In this document: positions 49,536-58,855 of the stretch, piece after piece
How positions within the stretch are numbered: position 1 is the stretch's first letter
Layout of the letters: the number at the start of each line of letters is the position of its first letter
From: Candidatus Zixiibacteriota bacterium
GTDB taxonomy: Bacteria > Zixibacteria > MSB-5A5 > UBA10806 > 4484-95
Assembly (NCBI GenBank): GCA_037441845.1
Contig: JBBIRK010000005.1
Coordinates: forward strand, 192,001 to 256,000
Length of the DNA stretch: 64,000 bases
Reading direction: 5' to 3'
Translations under genes and position numbers: made by a program
Notes under the pieces: model-generated
Told to the model about the DNA's origin: nothing
Database searches by the model: none
The model's input: only the letters and a program-made list of their open reading frames with translations

Positions 49536-50789
49536 TTAATTCTTGCTTACGGCCGCCTCATATCCGGCGTCGCGCACCGACTGGATAAGTCTTTCAGCGG
49601 CGACATCGCCGTCGACTACTGCAAGACCTCTATCTAAATAAACGTCGGCTTTCGTTACGCCGGGCACTCCGCTTAAAGCCCTGGTTACGGTTTCCACGCA
49701 ATGCTTGCAGGTCATCCCCTTGATCTTCAACTCTATCTGCAAGTCAGAACCCCTTTCTGATAAGCCGGGACGGGACATTATTCTTCTCTTATAGATATCA
49801 TGGGCGAACAGAAAAACGAACAGCCCGATTACGACTATGCTCAACAACTGATTAAAATAACCGACTTCACCACCGTGTTCATGGTGCATTACCGACGGTG
49901 CCGCCGCGATGACGAAATCGAAAAACAAACCGAATACGATACTGAAAACGGCGATCGTAACAAGATATATTATCAGCACGCGTGTTCCGAACGCCCGACC
50001 TACAGCCCCCACGGTTGCTATATTGGTGGCCGGACCGGCCATCAAGAACACGAGCGCGGTACCCAGCGGCATCCCGGCGGCAATCAAAGAGGCGGCGATA
50101 GGAACTGAGCCGGTGGTGCAAATATATAACGGCAAAGCCAATAAAAGCATAAGCAACATCCCGCCGATTCCACTCACCCAGCTTTTGCCTACCATCAAAT
50201 GCGGCGGAAATAAGATGGAAATCGCCGCGGCGATGACTATGCCCAAAGCGATCCATCGGTAAATCATCCCGAGCAGATCGAAAACGCCATATCTGAGCGC
50301 CTCGACGAATCGAGATTTGACCATGGCAGAATTAGTTTCATGCATTTGGGAGCGCGAAGATTTCGTCGGAACATCGCTTGATCGACTATCGAACATATTG
50401 ACCAGTACCCCACCGATCAAGCCTGTGATAAAAGCTGCGACAACTTTGAAAATGGCGAACGGCCATCCCAAAAAAGTGGCCGACACCAGAATCGAATCGA
50501 CACCGGTTTGTGGAGTGCTTATAAGAAAACTGGTCGCCGCTCCCTTGCCTGCGCCTTCCTGTTTCAATCCGATCGCCGCCGGCACGACACTACACGAGCA
50601 AAGAGGCATCGGAACCCCTATCAACGCCGCATTGAGTACGCTCTTGAAATCCCTGCCTCCGAGATTATGTTTTATCAAATGCCTGGGCAAAATAACATGA
50701 ATGACCCCGGCTATCAGACTTCCCAAAAGCAAAGGACCCGAAAGGTCCTGCAATATCGACCAAATCGCTGCGAGATATTTTTCCAACAT
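49536..50789 (-). CDS. SO_0444-type metal permease with C-terminal HMA domain
   Basis: PLCSCSVVP, STPQTGVDS, LYICTTGS, AGPATN; HMA GMTCKHC. Confidence 0.85.
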   Translation of the reverse strand: MLEKYLAAIWSILQDLSGPLLLGSLIAGVIHVILPRHLIKHNLGGRDFKSVLNAALIGVPMPLCSCSVVPAAIGLKQEGAGKGAATSFLISTPQTGVDSILVSATFLGWPFAIFKVVAAFITGLIGGVLVNMFDSRSSDVPTKSSRSQMHETNSAMVKSRFVEALRYGVFDLLGMIYRWIALGIVIAAAISILFPPHLMVGKSWVSGIGGMLLMLLLALPLYICTTGSVPIAASLIAAGMPLGTALVFLMAGPATNIATVGAVGRAFGTRVLIIYLVTIAVFSIVFGLFFDFVIAAAPSVMHHEHGGEVGYFNQLLSIVVIGLFVFLFAHDIYKRRIMSRPGLSERGSDLQIELKIKGMTCKHCVETVTRALSGVPGVTKADVYLDRGLAVVDGDVAAERLIQSVRDAGYEAAVSKN

Positions 50790-50856
50790 CAATCTAAGAA
50801 AAGCGGGTTTGACCGAGAAAGGTTCCGCAATTTATATGGAAGCCGATGGCTTCCAG

Positions 50857-52392
50857 CTAATTCCATGAATCTTTTAGGGTTCCGATCTTTTCCTCCACCT
50901 CGTTTAAGATAATGTTGCTCCTTACCATTCCGGCCATCGCGTTATGATCGGGGTAAAGCGGCCGATCTTCCTCGAGATGCGAAACCTGTTTGCGCACGAC
51001 CGCTTGGGCTGCAGTCGTTCCGACACCCTTAGTGAACTGACGGAAATCAAGCGCTTGAGCGGCGGCCATGAATTCGATTCCGATCACACCGTAACCGTTA
51101 TCGATTATCTGTCTTGTTTTCAACGCGGTATTCATACCCATGCTGACGAAATCCTCCTGATCGGCGGCGGCGGGGATCGATTGCACGCATGCAGGCGCCG
51201 AAAGAATCCGCTGTTCGACGATCAGCGAGTCGGCGGTATATTGGGACAACATGAATCCGGAAAACATCCCTGCGCCTTTGGTCAGGAACGGCGGCAGGCC
51301 GACGCTGAGAGCGGGATTCAACAATCTGTTGAGTCGTCGCTCGGACAATACACACACCATCGCCACCGATGCTCCCACCATGTCGAGCGGCAGGCTGATC
51401 GGGGTTCCCTGGAAGTTGGCGCCGGTCAATACAGTGTCGGAATCGGGCAGAAATATGGGATTATCGGCGACGCCGTTTAACTCGATTTCCAATTGTCGTC
51501 GGGCATAAGCCAGATGATCCCGGGCTGCGCCGATCACCTGCGGAGTCGATCTCATGGAATAAGCATCCTGCACCTTCACTTTAAGTTTGCCCGTGAGCAG
51601 ATCCGAGCCCGCCATGACCCGTCTGATATTTTCGGCCGAAGTTATAGCGCCTTTGAATCCACGCAATACATGAAGCCGTTCATCATAAGGTTTCATATTG
51701 GCCAAAAGCGCTTCGAGCGTCATGGCGGCGGCGATTTCCGCCTGCTTAAACAAACGTTCGGCATCGAGAAGTTCAAGAGAGGCGATCCCCGCGATCAGAT
51801 TCGAACCGTTAATCGCAGCCAAGCCGTCGCGGGCTTCAAGCCCCGGCACGGGGATACCGGCTTTTTGCATCGCGGCGGCGGCAGGCATCCTTTTTCCCTC
51901 GAAATAGGCCTCCCCCTCCCCCAACAGAACCAGGGCTATCTGAGCCATCGGAGAAAGATCGCCGCAGGCGCCGACGCTCCCTTTTTCGCAAACCACCGGC
52001 GTGACCCCGCGATTGAGAAGCTCCACGAAAGTCTGGGTTATCTCGGGACGGCAACCTGAGTTGCCATGGCAATGGACGTTAATTCTCGATAGCATGGCGG
52101 CGCGCACGTGTTCGATCGGGCAGGGGTTGCCGATGCCAGCCGAATGATTATAGATCAAGTACTTTTGAAACTGCCGAACCTGTTCATCGTCGAGAACGAT
52201 TTCGGAGAATTCTCCGATACCGGTGTTGACTCCATACATGATTTCCCGGGCTTCGATTTTTTTCTGCAGCATGCCGCGGCATTTCTTGATTCTCGCCAGC
52301 GCCTCGGGGGCGATCTGGATTTTTCGGCCGTATCTGGCCACCTGTTCGACCTGTTCGATTGTCAAGCTGCGTCCGTCAAGCGTTATTGTCAT
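50857..52392 (-). CDS. hutH: Histidine ammonia-lyase-like aromatic amino acid lyase (ACG MIO variant)
   Basis: YGVNTG, GSVGACGDL, INGS, QDAYSMR, DNP, QEDFVSM; GGAGG RBS. Confidence 0.8.
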   Translation of the reverse strand: MTITLDGRSLTIEQVEQVARYGRKIQIAPEALARIKKCRGMLQKKIEAREIMYGVNTGIGEFSEIVLDDEQVRQFQKYLIYNHSAGIGNPCPIEHVRAAMLSRINVHCHGNSGCRPEITQTFVELLNRGVTPVVCEKGSVGACGDLSPMAQIALVLLGEGEAYFEGKRMPAAAAMQKAGIPVPGLEARDGLAAINGSNLIAGIASLELLDAERLFKQAEIAAAMTLEALLANMKPYDERLHVLRGFKGAITSAENIRRVMAGSDLLTGKLKVKVQDAYSMRSTPQVIGAARDHLAYARRQLEIELNGVADNPIFLPDSDTVLTGANFQGTPISLPLDMVGASVAMVCVLSERRLNRLLNPALSVGLPPFLTKGAGMFSGFMLSQYTADSLIVEQRILSAPACVQSIPAAADQEDFVSMGMNTALKTRQIIDNGYGVIGIEFMAAAQALDFRQFTKGVGTTAAQAVVRKQVSHLEEDRPLYPDHNAMAGMVRSNIILNEVEEKIGTLKDSWN

Positions 52393-52529
52393 CAAATAAT
52401 CCTCCTGTCGCATCCGCCCCAGACGAAAAATCCGGGTGCACTTCAACAAAGTGAATATACGGATATCGAATTTGAATGACAACAGCTAAGAGACCGATCG
52501 CAAGGCCGGCACCGATAAGAACCGGGTCT

Positions 52530-53339
52530 CTACTTACGGCACACCGCAAGCAAATCCAGGCTTTTGTCCACGTCCACATCGTGCACGTGGAAATCTCCGA
52601 GACCGAACTGTTTTGCGAAATCTTTCTGGCTCAGGTTTCGAGTTCGCCTGCCTTTGATTCGGGAGATCAGTGTCGCAGCCAGATAATCGATCCTTTCGGG
52701 AAGGATTTTTCTTAAATTAAGCCTGGCTGCAATATCCAACAACGGCCCGGTTTTCACCCTATTGTATTCGATTCGTTGAATCGTGTCGTTGCCGCTTATA
52801 CCCAGAATATCAACGTTTTCGAAATGTCGGCTCAACAAGGCGGCCAATTCGTCGGGGTAATATTCCCTTATGTGGTACCTGTTCCAAGGTTTGCGGCCGG
52901 GCTTAAGGCGATATGTCTTGTTCGGCGTTGTCAAGTATGCCTTTCCACCGGTCTTTATCACCCGGGCGATTTCGGAAACGAACCGATCGTCGTCTTCAAT
53001 ATGTTCGATAACCTGAAAACTGATCGCCGCATCGTAAGCACCATCGGGAAACGGTATATGGCGGCCATCGTAGCACCGGAAAGAACAATTGGGTCCCCCG
53101 TATCGGGTATCGGCATGGGCGACCGCCTTTTCTTCCACATCCACCCCCACGACATCGGCGCATTTTTCAGCCAAGATGCTGGTTCCGTATCCCTCGCCGA
53201 AACCGATTTCGATGACGCGATCAGTGGCCGCCAGAAGATCGCGAACATATATGTAGGCGAATTTATGACGCAGAAATTGGATATAATCTTCCTTGCAATC
53301 AAATTCCCTCGGGATCAGTCTTTCGCCCGTGCTTTTCAT
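52530..53339 (-). CDS. Class I SAM-dependent methyltransferase
   Basis: EIGFGEGYG, GVD, SFQVIEH, LTTPN. Confidence 0.9.
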   Translation of the reverse strand: MKSTGERLIPREFDCKEDYIQFLRHKFAYIYVRDLLAATDRVIEIGFGEGYGTSILAEKCADVVGVDVEEKAVAHADTRYGGPNCSFRCYDGRHIPFPDGAYDAAISFQVIEHIEDDDRFVSEIARVIKTGGKAYLTTPNKTYRLKPGRKPWNRYHIREYYPDELAALLSRHFENVDILGISGNDTIQRIEYNRVKTGPLLDIAARLNLRKILPERIDYLAATLISRIKGRRTRNLSQKDFAKQFGLGDFHVHDVDVDKSLDLLAVCRK

Positions 53340-53443
53340 GGTCGAGGTGAATTTAAGAGCTTTTGCCTATATGTCAATCGATTATGCAAGTATAATGAAA
53401 TTCGCCGCTTATATCTGCCACACCACTATTTGAGCAAATAATA

Positions 53444-53470
53444 TCCCGGAAGACCCTAAGTCTTCCGGGA
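53444..53470 (-). terminator. Hairpin after the PilX-like gene
   Basis: TCCCGGAAGAC-N5-GTCTTCCGGGA perfect 11-bp stem. Confidence 0.6.
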
Positions 53471-53499
53471 CAATCTCGGCGGATCATATGGCATAAGAA

Positions 53500-55146
53500 T
53501 CAATCCAGGTGCGCGGCGTAATTAATTCGCTGAGACCAGTTTTTTCGCTGAACGATATTGACCATAGGCGTTCCCGGAGGAAGATTGTTGATATCGAGCA
53601 GATCGGGGTCGAACGCCCAGTCTCGCAAAGGCGGAGAGTAATAATCACCGCTCCAGCGTCCGGTATTCTGACGCGAATACCATAGATCCACGGCGGATCC
53701 TCGCCAGGTGAACCCGACGTTGTTCCAATTTTCCAAGAACCTGATCAAATTCTCGAACCCACCGTTATAAGCATGGCCGGCCTGGCCCGTTTCGGTGTTG
53801 CCGGTCATGTAGCAGGCGTTGACCTGCGTTTGGGTGGCCGGCCGATTGTATTTCGATCCCCAGCTCTTGCTGTCGTCCCAGTTGCCCGAGAGGACGGTCA
53901 GCGCATCTGTAATCAACGAAGCAGGTTTTTTGCTGACCGTGTTGAAATTTCCCACCGTGTATAGGGGATTGCTGGTGGCGAAAGTCAATGCGCCGGCAAG
54001 CTGCTGCCCGTTTTTCAATCTCACCGCCGATACTGTACTCGCATTTTCCGGTAGCGAGGCGTAAATTATTCCGTTGGCTGGGAAATACGACGAGGCATTG
54101 AGCTTAGAGATATCGATGTCGAGCGAATAAACATCTTGACCTTCGCGACCATCCCGGAAATAGCCGTTGGTAATCACTCCGCCGGAGATCAAGGCTGCCG
54201 TGACGTCCAACCATTCACCGGAAAGTTGGCGATAATAGGCACGGTCGTCGACGAATTTCAAGCCGGCTTTATGTTCATAGCTGTCGTTGTTGCCGGCGCC
54301 GCGATCGATCAGATCGGTCGGCGGGCCATCGGCCACGACAGGCATATAGAGCGGAGTGATTCCATGATTACCGTCTTCAACACGCCCGCCCCAGCGCGCC
54401 AGCGATTCGTTCACCCAATTGGCTTTTTTCGAATCCAACATAGTGCCATCGGGATTTTTCATCGACCGGTAAGCCCCGCCGGCATCCATGATATAAACGT
54501 CTTTGTTTGAAGTCGATAATCCCGAACCCGCCTTCCGTCCGTGGAAAATACTTCCCGCCGCCGTCAAATATGAATTTATATAAAGCGAGTTGTCGCATTG
54601 AAGATAGGCATCGTGATTGGTATGGACGCGGCCGCCGAGCGTCATCGAAGGGCCAGGGGCGATTTCCAGGTCGTATTCGTAAAAGACGGCGAACTGAAAA
54701 ATCGGAATCAAGGCGTCTTCGATCTGCATTCTTAGATCCACACCAGCGTTGCTGGTGGTATCCAGGCCGAGTGAGTTGATCGTGAATGATTTTACCAGAC
54801 CGTAAAGTCCTTTGTAAGCGCCCGCGTCGAGCTGCCTCACCGAGGCCGCGCCGTTTTCGACAGTGAAATAACCATAGGCGTATTTGCTTTCCGTGACCGT
54901 ATCGGACGGTAATGGATTTGGAGGGACACCAGCGGTCTGATAACTCGTGGTAATTGCCGCCGCCGCCCGCTCCAGCCCCGATTCAGCCGCGTAAAACGCT
55001 CCGGCGGTGCGGATGCTGTTGTCGGCGATTTGCATATCGACGTTGGACGTGCTTATCGAGGCGATGCCGATAAGCGAAAGCATCAGCAAGACCGCCAAGC
55101 AGACGATTAGAATCGCTCCATCTTGTTTATTTAATTTAGCCAGCAT
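53500..55146 (-). CDS. PilX N-terminal-domain protein with a large C-terminal domain
   Basis: KQDG/AILIVCL pilin-like helix lacking Glu5, AFYAAESG; AAGGAG RBS. Confidence 0.8.
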   Translation of the reverse strand: MLAKLNKQDGAILIVCLAVLLMLSLIGIASISTSNVDMQIADNSIRTAGAFYAAESGLERAAAAITTSYQTAGVPPNPLPSDTVTESKYAYGYFTVENGAASVRQLDAGAYKGLYGLVKSFTINSLGLDTTSNAGVDLRMQIEDALIPIFQFAVFYEYDLEIAPGPSMTLGGRVHTNHDAYLQCDNSLYINSYLTAAGSIFHGRKAGSGLSTSNKDVYIMDAGGAYRSMKNPDGTMLDSKKANWVNESLARWGGRVEDGNHGITPLYMPVVADGPPTDLIDRGAGNNDSYEHKAGLKFVDDRAYYRQLSGEWLDVTAALISGGVITNGYFRDGREGQDVYSLDIDISKLNASSYFPANGIIYASLPENASTVSAVRLKNGQQLAGALTFATSNPLYTVGNFNTVSKKPASLITDALTVLSGNWDDSKSWGSKYNRPATQTQVNACYMTGNTETGQAGHAYNGGFENLIRFLENWNNVGFTWRGSAVDLWYSRQNTGRWSGDYYSPPLRDWAFDPDLLDINNLPPGTPMVNIVQRKNWSQRINYAAHLD

Positions 55147-55182
55147 CGTCGTCTCCTTTATTAATTGTCCAGAACCGATATG

Positions 55183-55198
55183 AGCAAACAACATACCT
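55183..55198 (-). promoter_or_regulatory. Sigma54 -24/-12 promoter (pilX-like gene)
   Basis: AGGTATGTTGTTTGCT on the minus strand: GG-N10-GC. Confidence 0.55.
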
Positions 55199-55460
55199 TG
55201 ACAACACAGCCCGGTGGATTTGCATAAGTCGATAATCTATAGTGACTTATGATTATGCTGATAAGGAATTTCGATCGCCGGCGGCGGATCTATGTTTATT
55301 ATTATTCGAAAAGATCCATAATTATGGGAATTCCCCGATACTCGATAACGCTAATACATTGATGAGCAAGGAATTCCATAACGACAAAGCGATATTTCCG
55401 CGTTTACCGTCGTTCAAGGGCGGATTTATTTATGACACAATGTAGATACCGTTTTGGCGA

Positions 55461-56285
55461 TCAATCAAGGCCGAGATTCCTGACTTTCACTCGGGTGGTT
55501 AGATTTCTATGGCGATAGTCGGCAGCGAATTCGGTATCCCTCCGAGCCGATCGTGCCGTTATACTGATTATTACTTCCCTGACCATCGACGCCAATGGGG
55601 GGACGTCCACAATAGCACCTGATGACAGAACATATTGGAATTGCAAGTCAGTGATATCCTCGGCAAATACCTGAGGGGCCTCGTTCATGACCGAAACCAT
55701 CAGTTTGGGATGCAGCGTGTCGGTGGTGGAGTCTATAAAATACTTGAGCATATTGATTTTCACCACCTGCGCGCCGACTCCATAGCTTCGCGACAAAGGC
55801 ATAGTATTATGCTGGATATGCCCCGCGGCATATTGGACTTGAGTGCAGAGAAAAAATTCACCGGTTTGGCTTACCGGGTCATAAATGTAAAGCCAATCGT
55901 TGTCGGTGATTCCCGAAAGATCGCCGTCGCAGCGTAATTCCGCCGAGGGTTGCGGCATTGCGTGGTTGAGAGTGACGTTATCGAGGATAGCAGTATCGTA
56001 AAGTATCAGGATCGAATCGGGATTGGTATTGCGGGCCACCAGCGGAATCAGAGTCTGCGGCAGATTATAGCCGGCGAGCCTTATCTTGGTCGTCAATTCG
56101 TCCATGCTTCCCCGCAACGCCTGCTGCATATCGGAAATCTGCTCTTGGATCAACAATTGTTTATGCTGGACAATATATACGTTGAAAGCGGCACCGATCA
56201 CCACAATTGAAATCACGGCCGCCAGAACCAGCTCTATCAGCGTGAATCCGCTGTCGCTTTTGCACTTGGCGATTATGGCTTTCAT
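55461..56285 (-). CDS. Type IV minor pilin, PilW-like
   Basis: G/FTLIELV prepilin site; IRLAGY; C-terminal VKVRN. Confidence 0.85.
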   Translation of the reverse strand: MKAIIAKCKSDSGFTLIELVLAAVISIVVIGAAFNVYIVQHKQLLIQEQISDMQQALRGSMDELTTKIRLAGYNLPQTLIPLVARNTNPDSILILYDTAILDNVTLNHAMPQPSAELRCDGDLSGITDNDWLYIYDPVSQTGEFFLCTQVQYAAGHIQHNTMPLSRSYGVGAQVVKINMLKYFIDSTTDTLHPKLMVSVMNEAPQVFAEDITDLQFQYVLSSGAIVDVPPLASMVREVIISITARSARRDTEFAADYRHRNLTTRVKVRNLGLD

Positions 56286-56289
56286 TTTA

Positions 56290-56646
56290 TCACTCGATCA
56301 TCATATAAGTTATCATGCTGTTCGATCGCACCAAGCCGTCCCGGTCGGGCCAACTAACCAGTACCTCCAACCGCCGCAGGTTCGGTCCCGAATCGACCAC
56401 CGTCCAGGTGCGGGTCACCAGGCCCAGAGTGTCGGAGCCGGAGATCGGATTGCTTGTGTTTTTCAATTCTTCCATCTTGTCTCGAATCAACATGGAGGCC
56501 TCGGTGAAATCACGGGCGACGTCGTTGCCCCGCATCGAAACCGCCATCATCGGCAAAAGCGCCAACAGGCCGAACGAAATCAGCAACATCCCGACCAGAA
56601 CTTCGATCATGGAAAAACCGTATTTCTCGAAATGTAACTTTTTCAT
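56290..56646 (-). CDS. Type IV minor pilin, PilV-like
   Basis: G/FSMIEVLV prepilin site; DKMEELK, RTWTV, VSW. Confidence 0.85.
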   Translation of the reverse strand: MKKLHFEKYGFSMIEVLVGMLLISFGLLALLPMMAVSMRGNDVARDFTEASMLIRDKMEELKNTSNPISGSDTLGLVTRTWTVVDSGPNLRRLEVLVSWPDRDGLVRSNSMITYMMIE

Positions 56647-56662
56647 TTCATGAGACTTTCTG

Positions 56663-56678
56663 TGCAATAATTATGCCC
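56663..56678 (-). promoter_or_regulatory. Sigma54 -24/-12 promoter (pilVW)
   Basis: GGGCATAATTATTGCA on the minus strand: GG-N10-GC with TTGCA. Confidence 0.65.
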
Positions 56679-56828
56679 CTAAGATTATCGACACCTTTCC
56701 GGCGGCAATTAGCGGCAAGGTAAAAACTTATCGCCGCCGTTTGCGGATTTATCGGCATGAATCGGTGCCGAAAATATGGGAAAGTTCCAATAGTCGAACG
56801 ACTTGAAACAGGAATCAGAAAGAGTCAG

Positions 56829-56912
56829 CGGAGGACGAGGGATTCGAACCCCCAAGACCTTGCGGTCGGCGGATTTCAAGTCCGCTGCCTTGCCAGTTAG
56901 GACTAGTCCTCC
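56829..56912 (-). tRNA. tRNA-Ser(UGA), CCA not encoded
   Basis: GGAGGAC acceptor stem, GCGGA-CTTGAAA-TCCGC anticodon arm, long variable arm GACC-GCAA-GGTC, GGTTCGAATCC, G73. Confidence 0.93.
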
Positions 56913-57018
56913 GTACGAAAGCCGATTTCGGGGATATCAGCCTCAGAAAATATATTCAGGGTATCCGGGCAATACAAGCGAAATTAAAATGACGATTCGC
57001 CGAGGAGGACGATTGGTA

Positions 57019-57047
57019 TTGACTCTGAAAAACCGGCCGATTATACT
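57019..57047 (+). promoter_or_regulatory. Sigma70 promoter for tRNA-His (and possibly hisS)
   Basis: TTGACT-17-TATACT, 11 nt before tRNA base 1. Confidence 0.75.
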
Positions 57048-57058
57048 TTAACGTAAAT

Positions 57059-57132
57059 GCAGGCGTAGCTCAGTTGGTTAGAGCGTCTGACTGTGGATCA
57101 GAAGGTCGATGGTTCGACTCCATCCGCCTGTA
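57059..57132 (+). tRNA. tRNA-His(GUG) without encoded G-1; G1:U72, A73; CCA not encoded
   Basis: Cloverleaf GCAGGCG/CGCCTGT, GCTC/GAGC, TCTGA-CTGTGGA-TCAGA, GATGG-TTCGACT-CCATC. Confidence 0.95.
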
Positions 57133-57316
57133 TTGTCTGATGGCAGAATGCCGCGCACGAATAGTTATAAGGCCGGCGAAAGTTATTATATACCGTCAGC
57201 GGACTCCAAAATTCCGCTTGAAACACCGATTGCAAAGCATTATACAAATCAAATGAGTTTTGCACGTCCGATTTTTGGAACAAAATAACTGGAAGGCAGG
57301 ATAGATAGGACCAATT

Positions 57317-58855
57317 ATGAAAACCGAAGACCGTATCGAGCCTCGACTGCCCCGCGGATTCCGAGATATACTTTCATCCGATTTGGTGCTGCGCCGCCAT
57401 ATGATTGATACGATTCAGAAAATATATTCGAATTACGGTTATATGCCGCTCGAAACACCGGCGTTAGAATATCTGGATGCCCTCGGCAAATTTCTGCCTG
57501 ACAGCGATCAGCCCGAAGCCGGAGTTTTCGGTTTCAAAATCGAAGAGCAGTGGCTGGCCTTGCGCTATGATTTGACCGCTCCGCTTTCGCGTTATGTGGC
57601 AATGAACAAGGATCTGCCCTTGCCGTTCAAACGCTGCCAGGTGGGCCCGGTCTGGCGTTTGGAAAAACCCGGTCCTGGAAGATACCGCGAGTTCTATCAG
57701 TTCGATATAGATATCGTAGGTTGCGATACCTCGGCCGGTGATGCCGAAATCTGTATGGCTCTGGCCGATTCACTCCGGGCACTGGGATTTTCGGATAGCG
57801 ATTTTTTGATCAGAATAAGCAATCGAAAGGTCCTGAACTCGATAGTGGAGAAAGCGCTGTCCGACATGGACGAGGATCAACTGACGCGGTATTTACAATC
57901 GCGCCGAAACAATCAGATGGGATCCTCGGCAAATCAAGAGCGGATAAAAACTAACTATATCGACGATATTTTCCGCTGCATCGACAAGCTTGATCGAGTG
58001 GGAATAGACGGCGTAACCGATCTGCTTCAGGAAGGCAGGCTGGACGAAACCGGTGATTTTACTCCTGGATGTTTCCTCAAGCGAAATCAACTCGAGCACA
58101 TTCTCGAATTTTTGCGGCTCGATTGTTCGACGCGCCGTTCATTTTTAACGGAGGCGGCGAAATTGATTCAAACGAAAGAGGGCGGCGAGGGATTGGCTGA
58201 ACTGGAAACCATGGACTACACATTCACCGCGGCCGGTTACGACGACTCCGTAATCAGATTCGACAGCCAAATAGTGCGCGGGCTGGCCTACTACACCGGA
58301 CCGGTTTTCGAGGCGACGTTAACTTTTCCTGTCACGGACGAATCCGGCCGCACGATCCAGTTCGGCAGTGTCGCCGGAGGGGGACGCTACGATTCGTTGA
58401 TCGAAAGATTCACCGGTCAGAAAATTCCAGCGACCGGGGCGTCGATCGGGATCGACCGGCTGCTTGTCGCCTATGCCGGAAGAGCGGTTAATAAAAACAG
58501 TGGAGCCGCTCAGGCTCTGGTAACGGTCATGGATAAAACTAAATTGGCCGACTATATCGCCATGGCCGGGGAATTGAGAAAAGCCGGAATCGACACCGAT
58601 CTTTATCTCGGATCGAAAGGGATCCGGGCCCAGCTAAAATATGCCGATCAAAAAAAGATAGGGGTAGCGGTGATCGCCGGCGAGGATGAATTCGCCAAAG
58701 GTCAAATCACTCTCAAAGACCTAAAATTGGGCGCCAGCCTTTCGGCGGAGATCAGCGAACGCGACAAATGGCGTAAAGAACAACCGGCGCAGATCCAGGT
58801 TACGCGTGAGCGTTTAGTTGAAGAGGTTAAGGCGATTCTTCGGCGTCATGGCTGA
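57317..58855 (+). CDS. hisS: Histidine--tRNA ligase, alphaproteobacterial-type sequence
   Basis: PRGFRD, LRYDLT, WRLEKPGPGRYREFYQFD, VRGLAYYTG, GGGRYD, QLKYAD. Confidence 0.95.
   Translation: MKTEDRIEPRLPRGFRDILSSDLVLRRHMIDTIQKIYSNYGYMPLETPALEYLDALGKFLPDSDQPEAGVFGFKIEEQWLALRYDLTAPLSRYVAMNKDLPLPFKRCQVGPVWRLEKPGPGRYREFYQFDIDIVGCDTSAGDAEICMALADSLRALGFSDSDFLIRISNRKVLNSIVEKALSDMDEDQLTRYLQSRRNNQMGSSANQERIKTNYIDDIFRCIDKLDRVGIDGVTDLLQEGRLDETGDFTPGCFLKRNQLEHILEFLRLDCSTRRSFLTEAAKLIQTKEGGEGLAELETMDYTFTAAGYDDSVIRFDSQIVRGLAYYTGPVFEATLTFPVTDESGRTIQFGSVAGGGRYDSLIERFTGQKIPATGASIGIDRLLVAYAGRAVNKNSGAAQALVTVMDKTKLADYIAMAGELRKAGIDTDLYLGSKGIRAQLKYADQKKIGVAVIAGEDEFAKGQITLKDLKLGASLSAEISERDKWRKEQPAQIQVTRERLVEEVKAILRRHG

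Noticed and set aside
53400..57012. Genomic island integrated at tRNA-Ser carrying the pilin genes
   Set aside because: No integrase and no duplicated tRNA 3' end downstream; the 9-bp GGAGGACGA match near 57004 is on the wrong side and too short.
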